IMG/VR virus record: IMGVR_UViG_3300024255_001088
Origin: a virus
Reading direction: 5' to 3' (one strand)
DNA length: 64,000 nucleotides
The translations under genes were made by a program, and so were the position numbers. Shown here piece by piece: positions 49,034 through 58,988 of this stretch; the stretch's first letter is position 1; each line of letters opens with the position of its first letter. Under the pieces are notes generated by a model. The model was not told the DNA's origin and ran no database searches. It saw nothing but the letters and a program-made list of their open reading frames with translations.

Positions 49034-50581
49034 ATGAGCGTAAAATCAGACTCACTCGAGCACACAAAGGAACTTCTCAAAGATTGGGATCCAACAGATA
49101 AGAACACACATGTTCAGTTGGGTTCTTTTGATGTATCAAAAGATTATAAAGAAACAGAAGCATATAAATCTTTAAAATGGGTGACAGCGAACAAAACAGG
49201 AAAATTAAAACAGGTCAAATGGGGTGATATGACTAAGTTAATCAAGGAACAAAAGTTTCTTGGTTGGAACAAACTACAATCTCATTCATGGGCATATCAT
49301 TACTTTCTTTCTAAAGGATACACTGCACCACCCGAAAATCCAAAACCAGGAATTGCAGGTATGGATTTTAAAAATTCAAATGATGAATATCAAAAGATAG
49401 AAGAATTCACAGATACTAAGTTAAGCGAACAACAAGATTCTAGTCTTAATGCTGTATATTATCATGGTGCAAAGGCACATTGGTTAGTCGATAGTATCAG
49501 AAAAGAAGGTCTATGGAATGCAATTCAAGGCACTGTATCTACAGCAGGTATGAACTCCAGAGATGAACGAATGTATCAGTTATCTATACATCCAGGTTCT
49601 GTTCGTTCAGGTGTTTTCGAAACTATGAATGACCCAGACTTAGATTTATGGATATGGGATAACCACGATGCTATACCTCTTCCAGAAACACCTATAGATG
49701 AAATGATTGACGAAATGAAGTCGCAACTTGTAGAAAGAAATGCAGACCACTACTCAATGTCGTTTTCATTCACTCGTGGATATTTAGAAATACATAGTGA
49801 CTTATTGAAGATGAACTTCAGAGGAGATGTGACAGACTTCAATAAAAAAGTAAATAAACTTTCTGCTGGCAAACCCTTGACAATCTATGTCGGATATGAT
49901 AGTAGACACAAAGACATTGCAGAACTAAGTGCTAAATGTCTTAAGAGTAGTATATTATTTGGAGCAGGTCATGGTGATGTACATGATATATTAGGAGATT
50001 GGACTCCTGAGATAAAGTTTCTTGACATATCAAAGATTCCAGAGTATAATAGAGAGTATGCAGCTCAATCAACAGAGTTCACATATAGTAGATTCTTAAT
50101 TCCTTACTTAGAAAACTATGAAGGATTTAGTATTTTTATTGATGATGATATACTATTCAATGAAAGTATCTTACCAATGTTCTACTATTTAGATTTAGAT
50201 GATGCAGTTGCATGTGTTCAGTATGATTTTGATACTTATGCTGAAACAAAATTTAACGGTGAAAAGAATGTATCTTATCCTAAAAAACTTTGGTCATCAT
50301 TAATGATATTTAATAATGGTCACGAAGACTGTAAGAAACTTACGCCAGAAGTTATCAATACTGAAAGTGGTAAATATCTACATCAATTTGAATGGACAGA
50401 TAAGATATCAGAAATACCAGAATGGTATGTTATAACTGAGGGGCATGATACGCAAGAAGAAAAGTGGCGTGCTTGTGCTATACATTATACTAGAGGTGGT
50501 CCTTGGATTGAAGGCATGGATACTTCTGAAATAGAACACCTAAATATGTATGAAAGATTTAAAAATAAACATCAAAACTAG
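49034..50581 (+). CDS. Two-domain protein: ParB/Srx-like N-terminal domain plus GT-A glycosyltransferase
   Basis: IYVGYDSR, STEFTYSRFLIPYL, FIDDD (DxD), WSSLMIFN, LHQFEW, HYTRGGPW. Confidence 0.8.
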   Translation: MSVKSDSLEHTKELLKDWDPTDKNTHVQLGSFDVSKDYKETEAYKSLKWVTANKTGKLKQVKWGDMTKLIKEQKFLGWNKLQSHSWAYHYFLSKGYTAPPENPKPGIAGMDFKNSNDEYQKIEEFTDTKLSEQQDSSLNAVYYHGAKAHWLVDSIRKEGLWNAIQGTVSTAGMNSRDERMYQLSIHPGSVRSGVFETMNDPDLDLWIWDNHDAIPLPETPIDEMIDEMKSQLVERNADHYSMSFSFTRGYLEIHSDLLKMNFRGDVTDFNKKVNKLSAGKPLTIYVGYDSRHKDIAELSAKCLKSSILFGAGHGDVHDILGDWTPEIKFLDISKIPEYNREYAAQSTEFTYSRFLIPYLENYEGFSIFIDDDILFNESILPMFYYLDLDDAVACVQYDFDTYAETKFNGEKNVSYPKKLWSSLMIFNNGHEDCKKLTPEVINTESGKYLHQFEWTDKISEIPEWYVITEGHDTQEEKWRACAIHYTRGGPWIEGMDTSEIEHLNMYERFKNKHQN

Positions 50582-50595
50582 ATTATGGAGTTATT

Positions 50596-51147
50596 ATGAA
50601 TATGTTAATTTATTGTGAGAATGGTCATCTTACTATTAGAAAACCAAATGGCCTAGAATGGAGACATGATAATGTCGATAAACCTAATTTAGGGTTTGAG
50701 TATGATGTTCTTATCTATGATGACATCGAAGTCAAGATTATGGAATGGAAAGAAAATGTTCAGTTTGATGAACAAGAAAAAATTTCATTAACAGATGTTG
50801 AGTTAGATGCAATCGAAAACTACATTCAAAATTCTGTTCCACCTTCCGATGTGACATTATCCAATCAATACAGTCAACAAATTAATGATGTTGGTAAAGA
50901 TTACTTAGACCAACAAATTCAAACTTATGGATTTGAAAGTCTGGTAGATGTTATGGCTGCAGGTAGAGATGGTTCAAATCATCCTTTAAGGTCAGATGCA
51001 AGAAGAGTATTAGAATACTATGATGTGATGTGGAACATCTATGTAAATATTATGAATGATGTAAAATCAACTAGAGAAGATTTACTTCCAGATGTAGAAG
51101 AATATATTAATAGATTCCCACCGCCACAAAAAGCATTAATAGAGTAG
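50596..51147 (+). CDS. Hypothetical protein (possible fibre assembly factor)
   Basis: 183-aa ORF with GGAG RBS; no clear motif. Confidence 0.55.
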   Translation: MNMLIYCENGHLTIRKPNGLEWRHDNVDKPNLGFEYDVLIYDDIEVKIMEWKENVQFDEQEKISLTDVELDAIENYIQNSVPPSDVTLSNQYSQQINDVGKDYLDQQIQTYGFESLVDVMAAGRDGSNHPLRSDARRVLEYYDVMWNIYVNIMNDVKSTREDLLPDVEEYINRFPPPQKALIE

Positions 51148-51150
51148 TTT

Positions 51151-51885
51151 ATGTCCCTAGAAATAGTCAAGGTAGATAAACCTTTTACTATTAAAGACTT
51201 TCCTTTAGGAAATAAAGTCTATGTAATAGACAATTACTTAGAAACTTCTATACATCGATGGATTCATCGTAAAACTTCTGAGGGTCCTAGGTGGTCTAAA
51301 CAAAATCAAGTAAACGCACAACATCCCACAGGTTTACCTCATCATCAACTTTGGGGTGCATCATTCTTTAAAACAGATGATTATGGTAATCCAAAAATGG
51401 AATATGGGGAAACAAGCGACACTGTAGAACATGCTAAATGGTTGAACAGAAGAATATGTACAGACTTTGGTTTTAAATGGAAAAGATTTCAGTATATGGG
51501 AACCAATTCTCAAACTCATGGTCAACATGGTACAACTCATTGTGATTGTGATGAACAAGATGAATGGAACCTATCATTTCTATATTACTATAATAAATTC
51601 TGGAATCCTGCATGGGGTGGAGATTTAAGATTTTATGATAAAGGTGTTTATCAAGCCGGTTTAGATGGAAGAGAAGAACACATAGAAAAACATTCTATAG
51701 GAAGTATAGAGTTTAAACCAAACAGATTGTTAATGTTTGATGGAAGAATACCACATGGTGCAGATGCACCAACAGAACGAGCTCGATATGCAGATAGATG
51801 TTCTATCGTACTTAGGGGTGACGAGATAGAACTAGTAGATAAGGAAGAATTATATAATGCCAACGATAGATTTCACTACATTTAA
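51151..51885 (+). CDS. 2OG-Fe(II) oxygenase, prolyl-hydroxylase-like
   Basis: HCD, WNPAWGG, FKPNRLLMFDGRIPH, distal R. Confidence 0.88.
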   Translation: MSLEIVKVDKPFTIKDFPLGNKVYVIDNYLETSIHRWIHRKTSEGPRWSKQNQVNAQHPTGLPHHQLWGASFFKTDDYGNPKMEYGETSDTVEHAKWLNRRICTDFGFKWKRFQYMGTNSQTHGQHGTTHCDCDEQDEWNLSFLYYYNKFWNPAWGGDLRFYDKGVYQAGLDGREEHIEKHSIGSIEFKPNRLLMFDGRIPHGADAPTERARYADRCSIVLRGDEIELVDKEELYNANDRFHYI

Positions 51886-52693
51886 CGAAGAGAGTCTTAG
51901 AGACTGGAAACCAGTTCTTGCTAAATCGTTAAGTCCTGATTGGTGGAAAAAAATGAAAGTCTTTCAACACGATAGAGGACAAAGAATACAGACTATTCGT
52001 GCTTGTCCGGCAATGGACGATTGGTTAAAATCTGGTTGGTACATTCTTGCAAATAGAGATATGGAAGTTGTTTTTGATAACGGCAAAACATATACTCAAG
52101 AATTTGGTAAAAAGGTGGCACAATCTCAAGCATCTCCTTCTCATCCTGCAGCTCAGTTTGCACACTCATTCAGTTATTTAGGAGAAGAAGGTCCAATTAA
52201 AGATGCATTTAAAATGAGAAATGCTTGGAATATAATAACGCCAAAGGGTTATTCTTGTTTCTATTTAGACCCCTTTTTATTTCAAAACAATCATTTTGCA
52301 ACATGGCAAGGTGTTATAGATACAGATGACTTTAATATCAATCAAGACAATTCACAAATTATTTTCTATCCTAAAGTTAGTCATTCGTTTGTTATACCAA
52401 AAGGAACTCCCCTAGTTCAAGTTATACCTTTTAAAAGAGAAGAATGGGTATCGACTTATCAGTTAAAAGACACTGCTGGATGGCACAAAGATAGAACCGA
52501 AGATAGAGTACAAGAACTTCCTAGCATGGACCAAGTAAACAGAGAGAAGTACGATAAACTATTAAAAGAGAAACCCAACAATATGGGTGCATATAGAAGT
52601 GAAGGACATTGGAAACAAAAAGGTAAGAATTTCAAAGAAATGGAACCTCCACCAGAGTGTCCATTTCATAAAGGAGAAATAGATGGCGATTAA
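51857..52693 (+). CDS. Conserved hypothetical phage protein
   Basis: TIRACPAMDDW, TPKGYS, GVIDTD, IPKGTPLVQVIPFKRE; this type often accompanies 2OG oxygenases. Confidence 0.65.
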   Translation: MPTIDFTTFNEESLRDWKPVLAKSLSPDWWKKMKVFQHDRGQRIQTIRACPAMDDWLKSGWYILANRDMEVVFDNGKTYTQEFGKKVAQSQASPSHPAAQFAHSFSYLGEEGPIKDAFKMRNAWNIITPKGYSCFYLDPFLFQNNHFATWQGVIDTDDFNINQDNSQIIFYPKVSHSFVIPKGTPLVQVIPFKREEWVSTYQLKDTAGWHKDRTEDRVQELPSMDQVNREKYDKLLKEKPNNMGAYRSEGHWKQKGKNFKEMEPPPECPFHKGEIDGD

Positions 52694-53393
52694 ATTATTT
52701 AGTCCAGCAGTAATTTGTATTAGAGAATGGTTATATAATCCAGAAGACAAAGTAGAAGGATTGACGCCAGAGTATTTTCAAATGTTGAAGGATGAAATGG
52801 ATGCTATGAGAACTAGAGACCGTGAAGGTAGAAGCAGGTCTAATAAAGGTCTTGGTTGGCAATCAAACGATGGTATCGATAACAATCCCATATTCAATAA
52901 GTTGATGAGACAAATTAAAAGAACAGTGTCGGAAGAGATTATGGGTTATTGTGGATTCGAAAAAGGAACTGCTCAATGTGTTATGCATAACTCATGGGGA
53001 AACATAAACTATCCAGGTGGATATAATGCACCACATTTACATAATGGTTGTACTTATTCTGGTGCATGTTATATTAGGGCAGACGGAGACGAGGGAGATA
53101 TTAAGTTTATAGAAACAACTAAACACTATGTTGGAATGGCTCTATCTTCACCTAGAATGGAAGAATCTTGGGGTTGGCAACCAAAAACTGGAGACATACT
53201 TTTATTTCCTAGTGGCACCATGCATCTGGTTGAACCAAACACGACAGATAAAGATAGATATAGTATATCGTTTAATATAGAGATTTCTCAACCCAATGGA
53301 GAAATTCTTATTGAAGAGAATGGCGAAGAATGGCATAAAGAAAACATGGGTTTAGTATTCAGAACAGATAGATTTGGTAAGTTGATACAGTAG
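52683..53393 (+). CDS. Putative 2OG-Fe(II) oxygenase (TIGR02466-like)
   Basis: GWQS, WGNIN...PHLH...SGACY, LFPS...HLVEPN...RYSISFN. Confidence 0.88.
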   Translation: MAIKLFSPAVICIREWLYNPEDKVEGLTPEYFQMLKDEMDAMRTRDREGRSRSNKGLGWQSNDGIDNNPIFNKLMRQIKRTVSEEIMGYCGFEKGTAQCVMHNSWGNINYPGGYNAPHLHNGCTYSGACYIRADGDEGDIKFIETTKHYVGMALSSPRMEESWGWQPKTGDILLFPSGTMHLVEPNTTDKDRYSISFNIEISQPNGEILIEENGEEWHKENMGLVFRTDRFGKLIQ

Positions 53394-53413
53394 TTAGTTT
53401 CATAAATAACACT

Positions 53414-53674
53414 ATGGATATAGTCATAGACCCACACTTACTTTGGAATATTGTTCTTACTGTTGTAGTAGTTCCTGTCGGATGGATGATTCGAGGAATC
53501 TTTGCTGAACAAAAGAGAATGGATATTCTTATCAATAAAACAAGAGAAGAAATCGCCAAGGATTATGTCACTAGAGAACAGATGGAGAAGTCTTTTCAGA
53601 GAATTATCGACTCTATAGAGCGTATAGATGAGAAGATAGATAGACTACAAACAAAAACTTTTTTCCAAGATTAG
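53414..53674 (+). CDS. Small membrane-anchored coiled-coil protein
   Basis: One TM helix, then TREEIAKDYVT...IDEKIDRL; CATAAATA upstream. Confidence 0.7.
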   Translation: MDIVIDPHLLWNIVLTVVVVPVGWMIRGIFAEQKRMDILINKTREEIAKDYVTREQMEKSFQRIIDSIERIDEKIDRLQTKTFFQD

Positions 53675-53680
53675 AATTCA

Positions 53681-53688
53681 TATAAATA
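53681..53688 (+). promoter_or_regulatory. T4-type late promoter
   Basis: TATAAATA upstream of gp13. Confidence 0.8.
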
Positions 53689-53712
53689 GTAGTATAAACA
53701 GGAAATACTACT

Positions 53713-54528
53713 ATGGCAACTCCAAACAGCAAAGCAACATTTAAAGAGTACATCAAAAGAAAACTTGGTGCACCTGTTCTGGAAATCAACATCGATGAAG
53801 ACCAGTTTGATGATAGAATAGACGAAGCACTTCAATACTTCTACAATTATCATTACGATGGAACGATTAAATGTTATCTAAAACATCAAATGACCGCTAA
53901 CAAAAAAACTCAAATGAAGAGTGATGAATCATTCACTGAGAACGCAGCTGGTACTCACGCATATTCAGACGAACAATTCAAACAACAACAAAATTATATT
54001 GTTCTTCCAGAGTTTGTTATGGCAGTTATGAACATATTTCCATTCAATGATAAGTCAGCACTCAACATGTGGGACATTAGATATCAGTTAAGATTGAATG
54101 ATTTATATAGTATGAACGCTACTAACATGTTGCACTATGAAATGGTTCAACAACAGATTCAAACAATGAATCACATTCTTATTGGTAGAACACCAATTAA
54201 TTACAATCAACATCAAAACAGATTATACTTACACATGGATTCAAACTTTGTACATGAAGGTGAGTATATTGTTATTGAATGTTATAGAAAGATAGACCCA
54301 AATAACTTTACAGATGTGTACAACGACATGTGGTTAAAAAAATATGCAACAGCATTATGTAAATATCAGTGGGGAGAGAACTTATCTAAATTCTCAGGTA
54401 TCGCATTACCAGGTGGTGTGACACTAGATGGACAACAGATGAAACAAGAGGCACAAGAAGAAATAACAAGACTCGAAGAAGAGGCAAGACTAAATCATGA
54501 CATGTTACCCATGGACATGATGGGTTAA
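53713..54528 (+). CDS. gp13: Neck protein
   Basis: LGAPVLEIN, YHYDG, WLKKYATAL, QWGENLSKF...LPGGVTLDG. Confidence 0.95.
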   Translation: MATPNSKATFKEYIKRKLGAPVLEINIDEDQFDDRIDEALQYFYNYHYDGTIKCYLKHQMTANKKTQMKSDESFTENAAGTHAYSDEQFKQQQNYIVLPEFVMAVMNIFPFNDKSALNMWDIRYQLRLNDLYSMNATNMLHYEMVQQQIQTMNHILIGRTPINYNQHQNRLYLHMDSNFVHEGEYIVIECYRKIDPNNFTDVYNDMWLKKYATALCKYQWGENLSKFSGIALPGGVTLDGQQMKQEAQEEITRLEEEARLNHDMLPMDMMG

Positions 54529-54534
54529 TAAATT

Positions 54535-55386
54535 ATGGCAACAAATGTATTTTTTAATCATGCAGTAAATTCTGAACAACATCTCTATGAAGATTTAGTT
54601 GTTGAGTCTTTAAGAATGTATGGTCACGAGACAATGTATCTACCTCGACAAGTTATCGAAGAGGATAGTATACTCAATGAAGATGTGCAATCTAAATTTG
54701 GTGATGCATACTCAGTTGAAATGTACATTGAAAATACAGATGGTTTCGAAGGCGAAGGCGACCTCATGTCTAAGTTTGGTTTACAGATTAGAGACCAGGC
54801 GACCTTTGTTGTATCATTAAGAAGTTGGGAAAGATTCATCTCACTAGACTCAAATCTCGCAACATCATTTAGACCAAACGAAGGAGATTTAATCTACTTC
54901 CCTCTTAGTGGTTCTATGTTTGAAATTAAATTTGTAGAACATGAAGACCCATTCTATCAAGTGGGTAAACTGTTTGTATTCAAACTAAGATGCGAACTAT
55001 TCGAATATAGTCAAGAAGATTTCGATACTGGAATTGGTGACATAGACTTGATAGAAGATGAACAAGCATACTCATTGAATATGACAATGAACAATGGTAA
55101 TGCAACAGACTATATTGCGAATGAAACTCTCGCACTCAATGGTACAGTTGTTGCAGAAGTTGTATCTTGGAATCAACCAACAAGTAAACTTCTCGCAAAA
55201 GATATCACAACAACACTACAAGTTGGCGATGTATTAAATGGTGCCAATGGCGCAACATTTACTATCTCATCTATAGACGATAGAATGACATTCAACAATG
55301 ATGCAGCCGCTCAGAACTTAGACTTTGAGAATAAAGATTCATCATACTTAGACTTATCAGAAACAAACCCATTTGGTGAACCATAA
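54535..55386 (+). CDS. gp14: Neck protein
   Basis: EQHLYEDLVVESL, YLPR, SKFG, RPNEGDLIYFP, NPFGE. Confidence 0.95.
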   Translation: MATNVFFNHAVNSEQHLYEDLVVESLRMYGHETMYLPRQVIEEDSILNEDVQSKFGDAYSVEMYIENTDGFEGEGDLMSKFGLQIRDQATFVVSLRSWERFISLDSNLATSFRPNEGDLIYFPLSGSMFEIKFVEHEDPFYQVGKLFVFKLRCELFEYSQEDFDTGIGDIDLIEDEQAYSLNMTMNNGNATDYIANETLALNGTVVAEVVSWNQPTSKLLAKDITTTLQVGDVLNGANGATFTISSIDDRMTFNNDAAAQNLDFENKDSSYLDLSETNPFGEP

Positions 55387-56423
55387 TGTTCGGTACATAT
55401 TTTTACAATGAAACTATTAAACGATGTGTATCAGTATTTGGCACGATGTTTAATAACATTCAGTTTAAGAAAGTTAAGGCAGACGGAACAGTCTTATCTT
55501 CTCCTATGGTGCCAATATCATATGGTCCTAAACAAAAGTTTTTAGATAGAATTGCTGAAGAGGCGAATCTATCAGATAGAAATAGGAGTGCAATATCGTT
55601 ACCAAGGATGGCATTTGAATTGACAGGTTTTGAATATGATGTTCAAAGACAACAGAACAAACTTATAAGGGCAGTCAAACCTGTAATGGAAACAAATGGC
55701 AAAAAGGGGTTTCAATATGCACCTGCACCTTATAATCTAAACTTTACATTATCTATTCTAACTAAGAATATGAATGATGCATTGCAAATCGTAGAACAGA
55801 TACTACCTTACTTTCAACCAGAATATACAGTCACCATGAAGATGGTTGATGATATGGCAGACCATAGAGATGTACCCATAATATTAAACTCAGTATCATT
55901 TCAAGATGACTATGAGGGTTCAATGGAAGATAGAAGAGTTATAGAATATACTTTAGACTTTACAATGAAGACATACTTCTTTGGTCCTATCTATACAGGC
56001 AATATCATTAAGAATGTTATTGAAAGAACTTATATTGGCGACAACTCTAATACATTCTCATCATCAACAATAGGTGCCTCAGGATTAGTCAAAGAGGTTA
56101 AACACTATGAACCTGCATTCCAAGAGTTATCAAATGCAGTAAGTAACCTAAACATAATCACCTTCCCTAGTGCAATAAATAGTAAGATAAGTGTAGGAGA
56201 TGAAGTATTTGGTACCAACTTAGATACCAATCCCACAATAACCACAATTGCAACTAACAGAGAACAAATAACAGTTTCGGCTGCTGTGAACATGACCGAT
56301 GCTAGTAATAAATTACTCTTTGTTGGTTCAGTCGATGCAGACGATACTTTCGTTGTTGCAGAGAATGTATCTTTCTATGACGATGGTGTCAAAGATGATT
56401 ATAGTGAAGAAGACAATAGTTAA
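55386..56423 (+). CDS. gp15: Tail sheath stabilizer / terminator
   Basis: YFYNETI, VPISYGPKQKF, LPRMAFE, QIVEQILPYFQP. Confidence 0.95.
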   Translation: MFGTYFYNETIKRCVSVFGTMFNNIQFKKVKADGTVLSSPMVPISYGPKQKFLDRIAEEANLSDRNRSAISLPRMAFELTGFEYDVQRQQNKLIRAVKPVMETNGKKGFQYAPAPYNLNFTLSILTKNMNDALQIVEQILPYFQPEYTVTMKMVDDMADHRDVPIILNSVSFQDDYEGSMEDRRVIEYTLDFTMKTYFFGPIYTGNIIKNVIERTYIGDNSNTFSSSTIGASGLVKEVKHYEPAFQELSNAVSNLNIITFPSAINSKISVGDEVFGTNLDTNPTITTIATNREQITVSAAVNMTDASNKLLFVGSVDADDTFVVAENVSFYDDGVKDDYSEEDNS

Positions 56424-56438
56424 TTATGAATGAAATAG

Positions 56439-56939
56439 ATGAAAATAATAGATAATGCATTAGACCAAAACTACTTTAATGAACTAGTAGATAAATTTAC
56501 CCATCCAAATTTTCCATATTTTTTAAATAAAGTCAATAGAGATAGTGATGAGATACAATTTATACATGCATTATACGCTGATAATCAACCTCAAAGTAAT
56601 GCATATGAATGGATTGAACCCATATTAGATGAGTTAAATGTTTGTTCTTTAATACGATGTAAACTTAATATGATGCCAAGAACTGATACAATTAAAGAAA
56701 ATGAATTTCATGTGGATATTCCGACTGCACCAAAAAATTTTAAAACTGCATTGTTATATCTAAATACAAATAATGGATACACTATGCTAAAAGAATCGAA
56801 TGAAATAGAAAATGTTAATAGTGTTGCAAATAGAATATTGATGTTTGATGGACATACACAACACACAGGTACAACCAATACATGTAGTAAAAAATATAGA
56901 CATGTACTGAATATAGACTATTTCGAGGCAATAACATGA
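56439..56939 (+). CDS. 2OG-Fe(II) oxygenase-like protein
   Basis: FHVD, TALLYLNTNNGYT, SVANRILMFDG...H...R. Confidence 0.8.
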   Translation: MKIIDNALDQNYFNELVDKFTHPNFPYFLNKVNRDSDEIQFIHALYADNQPQSNAYEWIEPILDELNVCSLIRCKLNMMPRTDTIKENEFHVDIPTAPKNFKTALLYLNTNNGYTMLKESNEIENVNSVANRILMFDGHTQHTGTTNTCSKKYRHVLNIDYFEAIT

Positions 56940-57331
56940 ATGATATAGATGAAAAATTAGATGACCTTTTAAATATAGAATCGGACATCAAAGAAGAAAC
57001 AAAGATAGTTAAACTTCCTTCTCGACATGAGAACATGGAAACAGATTACAAATACGCTAGAGAAAATCTGTATGGACTCGTAGAAAGAGGACAAGATGCA
57101 ATCGAAGGCATACTACAATTATCAAAAGAAACAGAACACCCTCGTGCATACGAAGTTGCAGGTCAGTTAATTAAAACAGTAGGTGAAACAGCAGAGAAAC
57201 TTATAGATTTACAGAGTAAATTGAAGAAGTTAGAGGGCGAAGAACAACAGAAGATAGGACAACAACACAATCATTTGTATGTTGGGTCAACTTCTGAATT
57301 ACAAAAGTTCCTTAAGAAGAACAAAGACTAA
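56936..57331 (+). CDS. gp16: Terminase small subunit
   Basis: DYKYARENL, HPRAYEVAGQLIK, VGSTSELQK. Confidence 0.95.
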   Translation: MNDIDEKLDDLLNIESDIKEETKIVKLPSRHENMETDYKYARENLYGLVERGQDAIEGILQLSKETEHPRAYEVAGQLIKTVGETAEKLIDLQSKLKKLEGEEQQKIGQQHNHLYVGSTSELQKFLKKNKD

Positions 57332-57334
57332 AAT

Positions 57335-58918
57335 ATGGTTCAAGCGAAGAACGAAGGTTACTTAGGTAACAATTTAATCAAAAGAGCAGGTGTAGAAACA
57401 AAGTATACACCAGAACAGATAGCAGAATATCAAAAATGTTCTGAGGATCCTTGTCACTTTATACAAAATTATTGTCAGATTATATCACTAGATGAAGGTC
57501 TAGTACCGTTTAAACTTCGTGGATATCAAGATAAACTCATAAATCATTTTAATGACAATAGATTTAGTGTCATTCTTGCCGCCAGACAGAGTGGTAAGTC
57601 TATAACATCTTGTGCATATCTTTTATGGTATCTATTGTTCACTCCAGAAGTCACCACAGCGATTCTGGCGAACAAAGGTGCGATTGCCAGAGAGATGGTG
57701 TCTCGTATTGTAACCATGTTGGAGACCGTGCCATTCTTCTTACAACCAGGCGTAAAGATTCTAAACAAAGGAAACATCGAGTTCGGCAATGATAGTAAAC
57801 TGGTCGCAGCTGCTACATCTTCATCGTCTATTCGTGGTATGTCAATTAACATGTTGTACCTTGATGAGTTTGCTTTCGTAGAAGATGCGGAGACATTTTA
57901 TACTGCTACATATCCTGTTGTCACATCTGGTAAAGATTCAAAAGTTATTATCACATCTACTGCAAATGGTGTGGGTAATATGTTTCATAAGATATACGAA
58001 AGTGCTATACATGGCCAATCAGAGTATAAATCATTCACTATTGGTTGGCAAGATGTACCAGGTCGTGATGAAGAGTGGAAGAAACAAACTATTGCAAACA
58101 CCTCAGAGGCACAGTTCGAACAAGAATATGGCAACAGTTTCTTAGGTACTGGTAACACTCTTATCAATGCAGATACATTATTGGGTATGAGAGCATTAGA
58201 TGGCGAATGGAAAAAAGATGGTTTAATAGTATATGATACGCCAAAAAAAGACCATAACTATGTTGTAACCGTTGATGTATCACAAGGCAGAGGGTTTGAC
58301 TATTCTACTTTTAGTATCTTTGATGTATCTCAAAGACCATTCAAACAGGTTTGTACATATAGGGATAACATGATTAGCCCCATGCTGTTTCCGGATTTAA
58401 TAAATAAGTACTGTAGTAGATATAATGAAGCACTTGTAATAATAGAAAACAATGCAGAGGGTTCAATGGTCGCTACACAATTGCACTATGACATAGAATA
58501 TCCAAATGTCTTTGTGCAAGGCATGACACATGCGAAAGATATCGGCATAACAATGTCGAGAAAGATTAAGAGAGTTGGTTGTTCCACTTTAAAGGAACTA
58601 CTAGAAGAAAACAGACTATCTGTAGTAGATAGAGCAACGATTACAGAACTTATGACATTTGTTAATAAAGGTTCTTCTTTCGAGGCAGACAGAGGTTATC
58701 ATGACGACATGGTAATGAATTGTGTACTCTTTGCGTGGTTTGTAACCACAGAGTTCTTCACACACCTAACAGACACCGCTGTTAAAGATTTATTGTATTC
58801 TGAACAACAGAAAATGATAGAAGATGACATGTTACCAGCGGGAGTATTTGGGGACCAAGATGGAGACGAATCATTTGTTGACGCTAGTGGCGACAGATGG
58901 TACTCTAAGGGTTCTTAG
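57335..58918 (+). CDS. gp17: Terminase large subunit
   Basis: Walker A ARQSGKS, Walker B LDEFAF, ITSTANG, nuclease VDVS and HDDMVM. Confidence 0.98.
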   Translation: MVQAKNEGYLGNNLIKRAGVETKYTPEQIAEYQKCSEDPCHFIQNYCQIISLDEGLVPFKLRGYQDKLINHFNDNRFSVILAARQSGKSITSCAYLLWYLLFTPEVTTAILANKGAIAREMVSRIVTMLETVPFFLQPGVKILNKGNIEFGNDSKLVAAATSSSSIRGMSINMLYLDEFAFVEDAETFYTATYPVVTSGKDSKVIITSTANGVGNMFHKIYESAIHGQSEYKSFTIGWQDVPGRDEEWKKQTIANTSEAQFEQEYGNSFLGTGNTLINADTLLGMRALDGEWKKDGLIVYDTPKKDHNYVVTVDVSQGRGFDYSTFSIFDVSQRPFKQVCTYRDNMISPMLFPDLINKYCSRYNEALVIIENNAEGSMVATQLHYDIEYPNVFVQGMTHAKDIGITMSRKIKRVGCSTLKELLEENRLSVVDRATITELMTFVNKGSSFEADRGYHDDMVMNCVLFAWFVTTEFFTHLTDTAVKDLLYSEQQKMIEDDMLPAGVFGDQDGDESFVDASGDRWYSKGS

Positions 58919-58922
58919 ATAT

Positions 58923-58938
58923 TATAAATATATAAATA
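58923..58938 (+). promoter_or_regulatory. Tandem T4-type late promoters
   Basis: TATAAATATATAAATA upstream of gp18. Confidence 0.8.
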
Positions 58939-58988
58939 AAAGTGTAAACAACTTTTACAATGTAAAAATACATTAACAGGAGAAAAGT

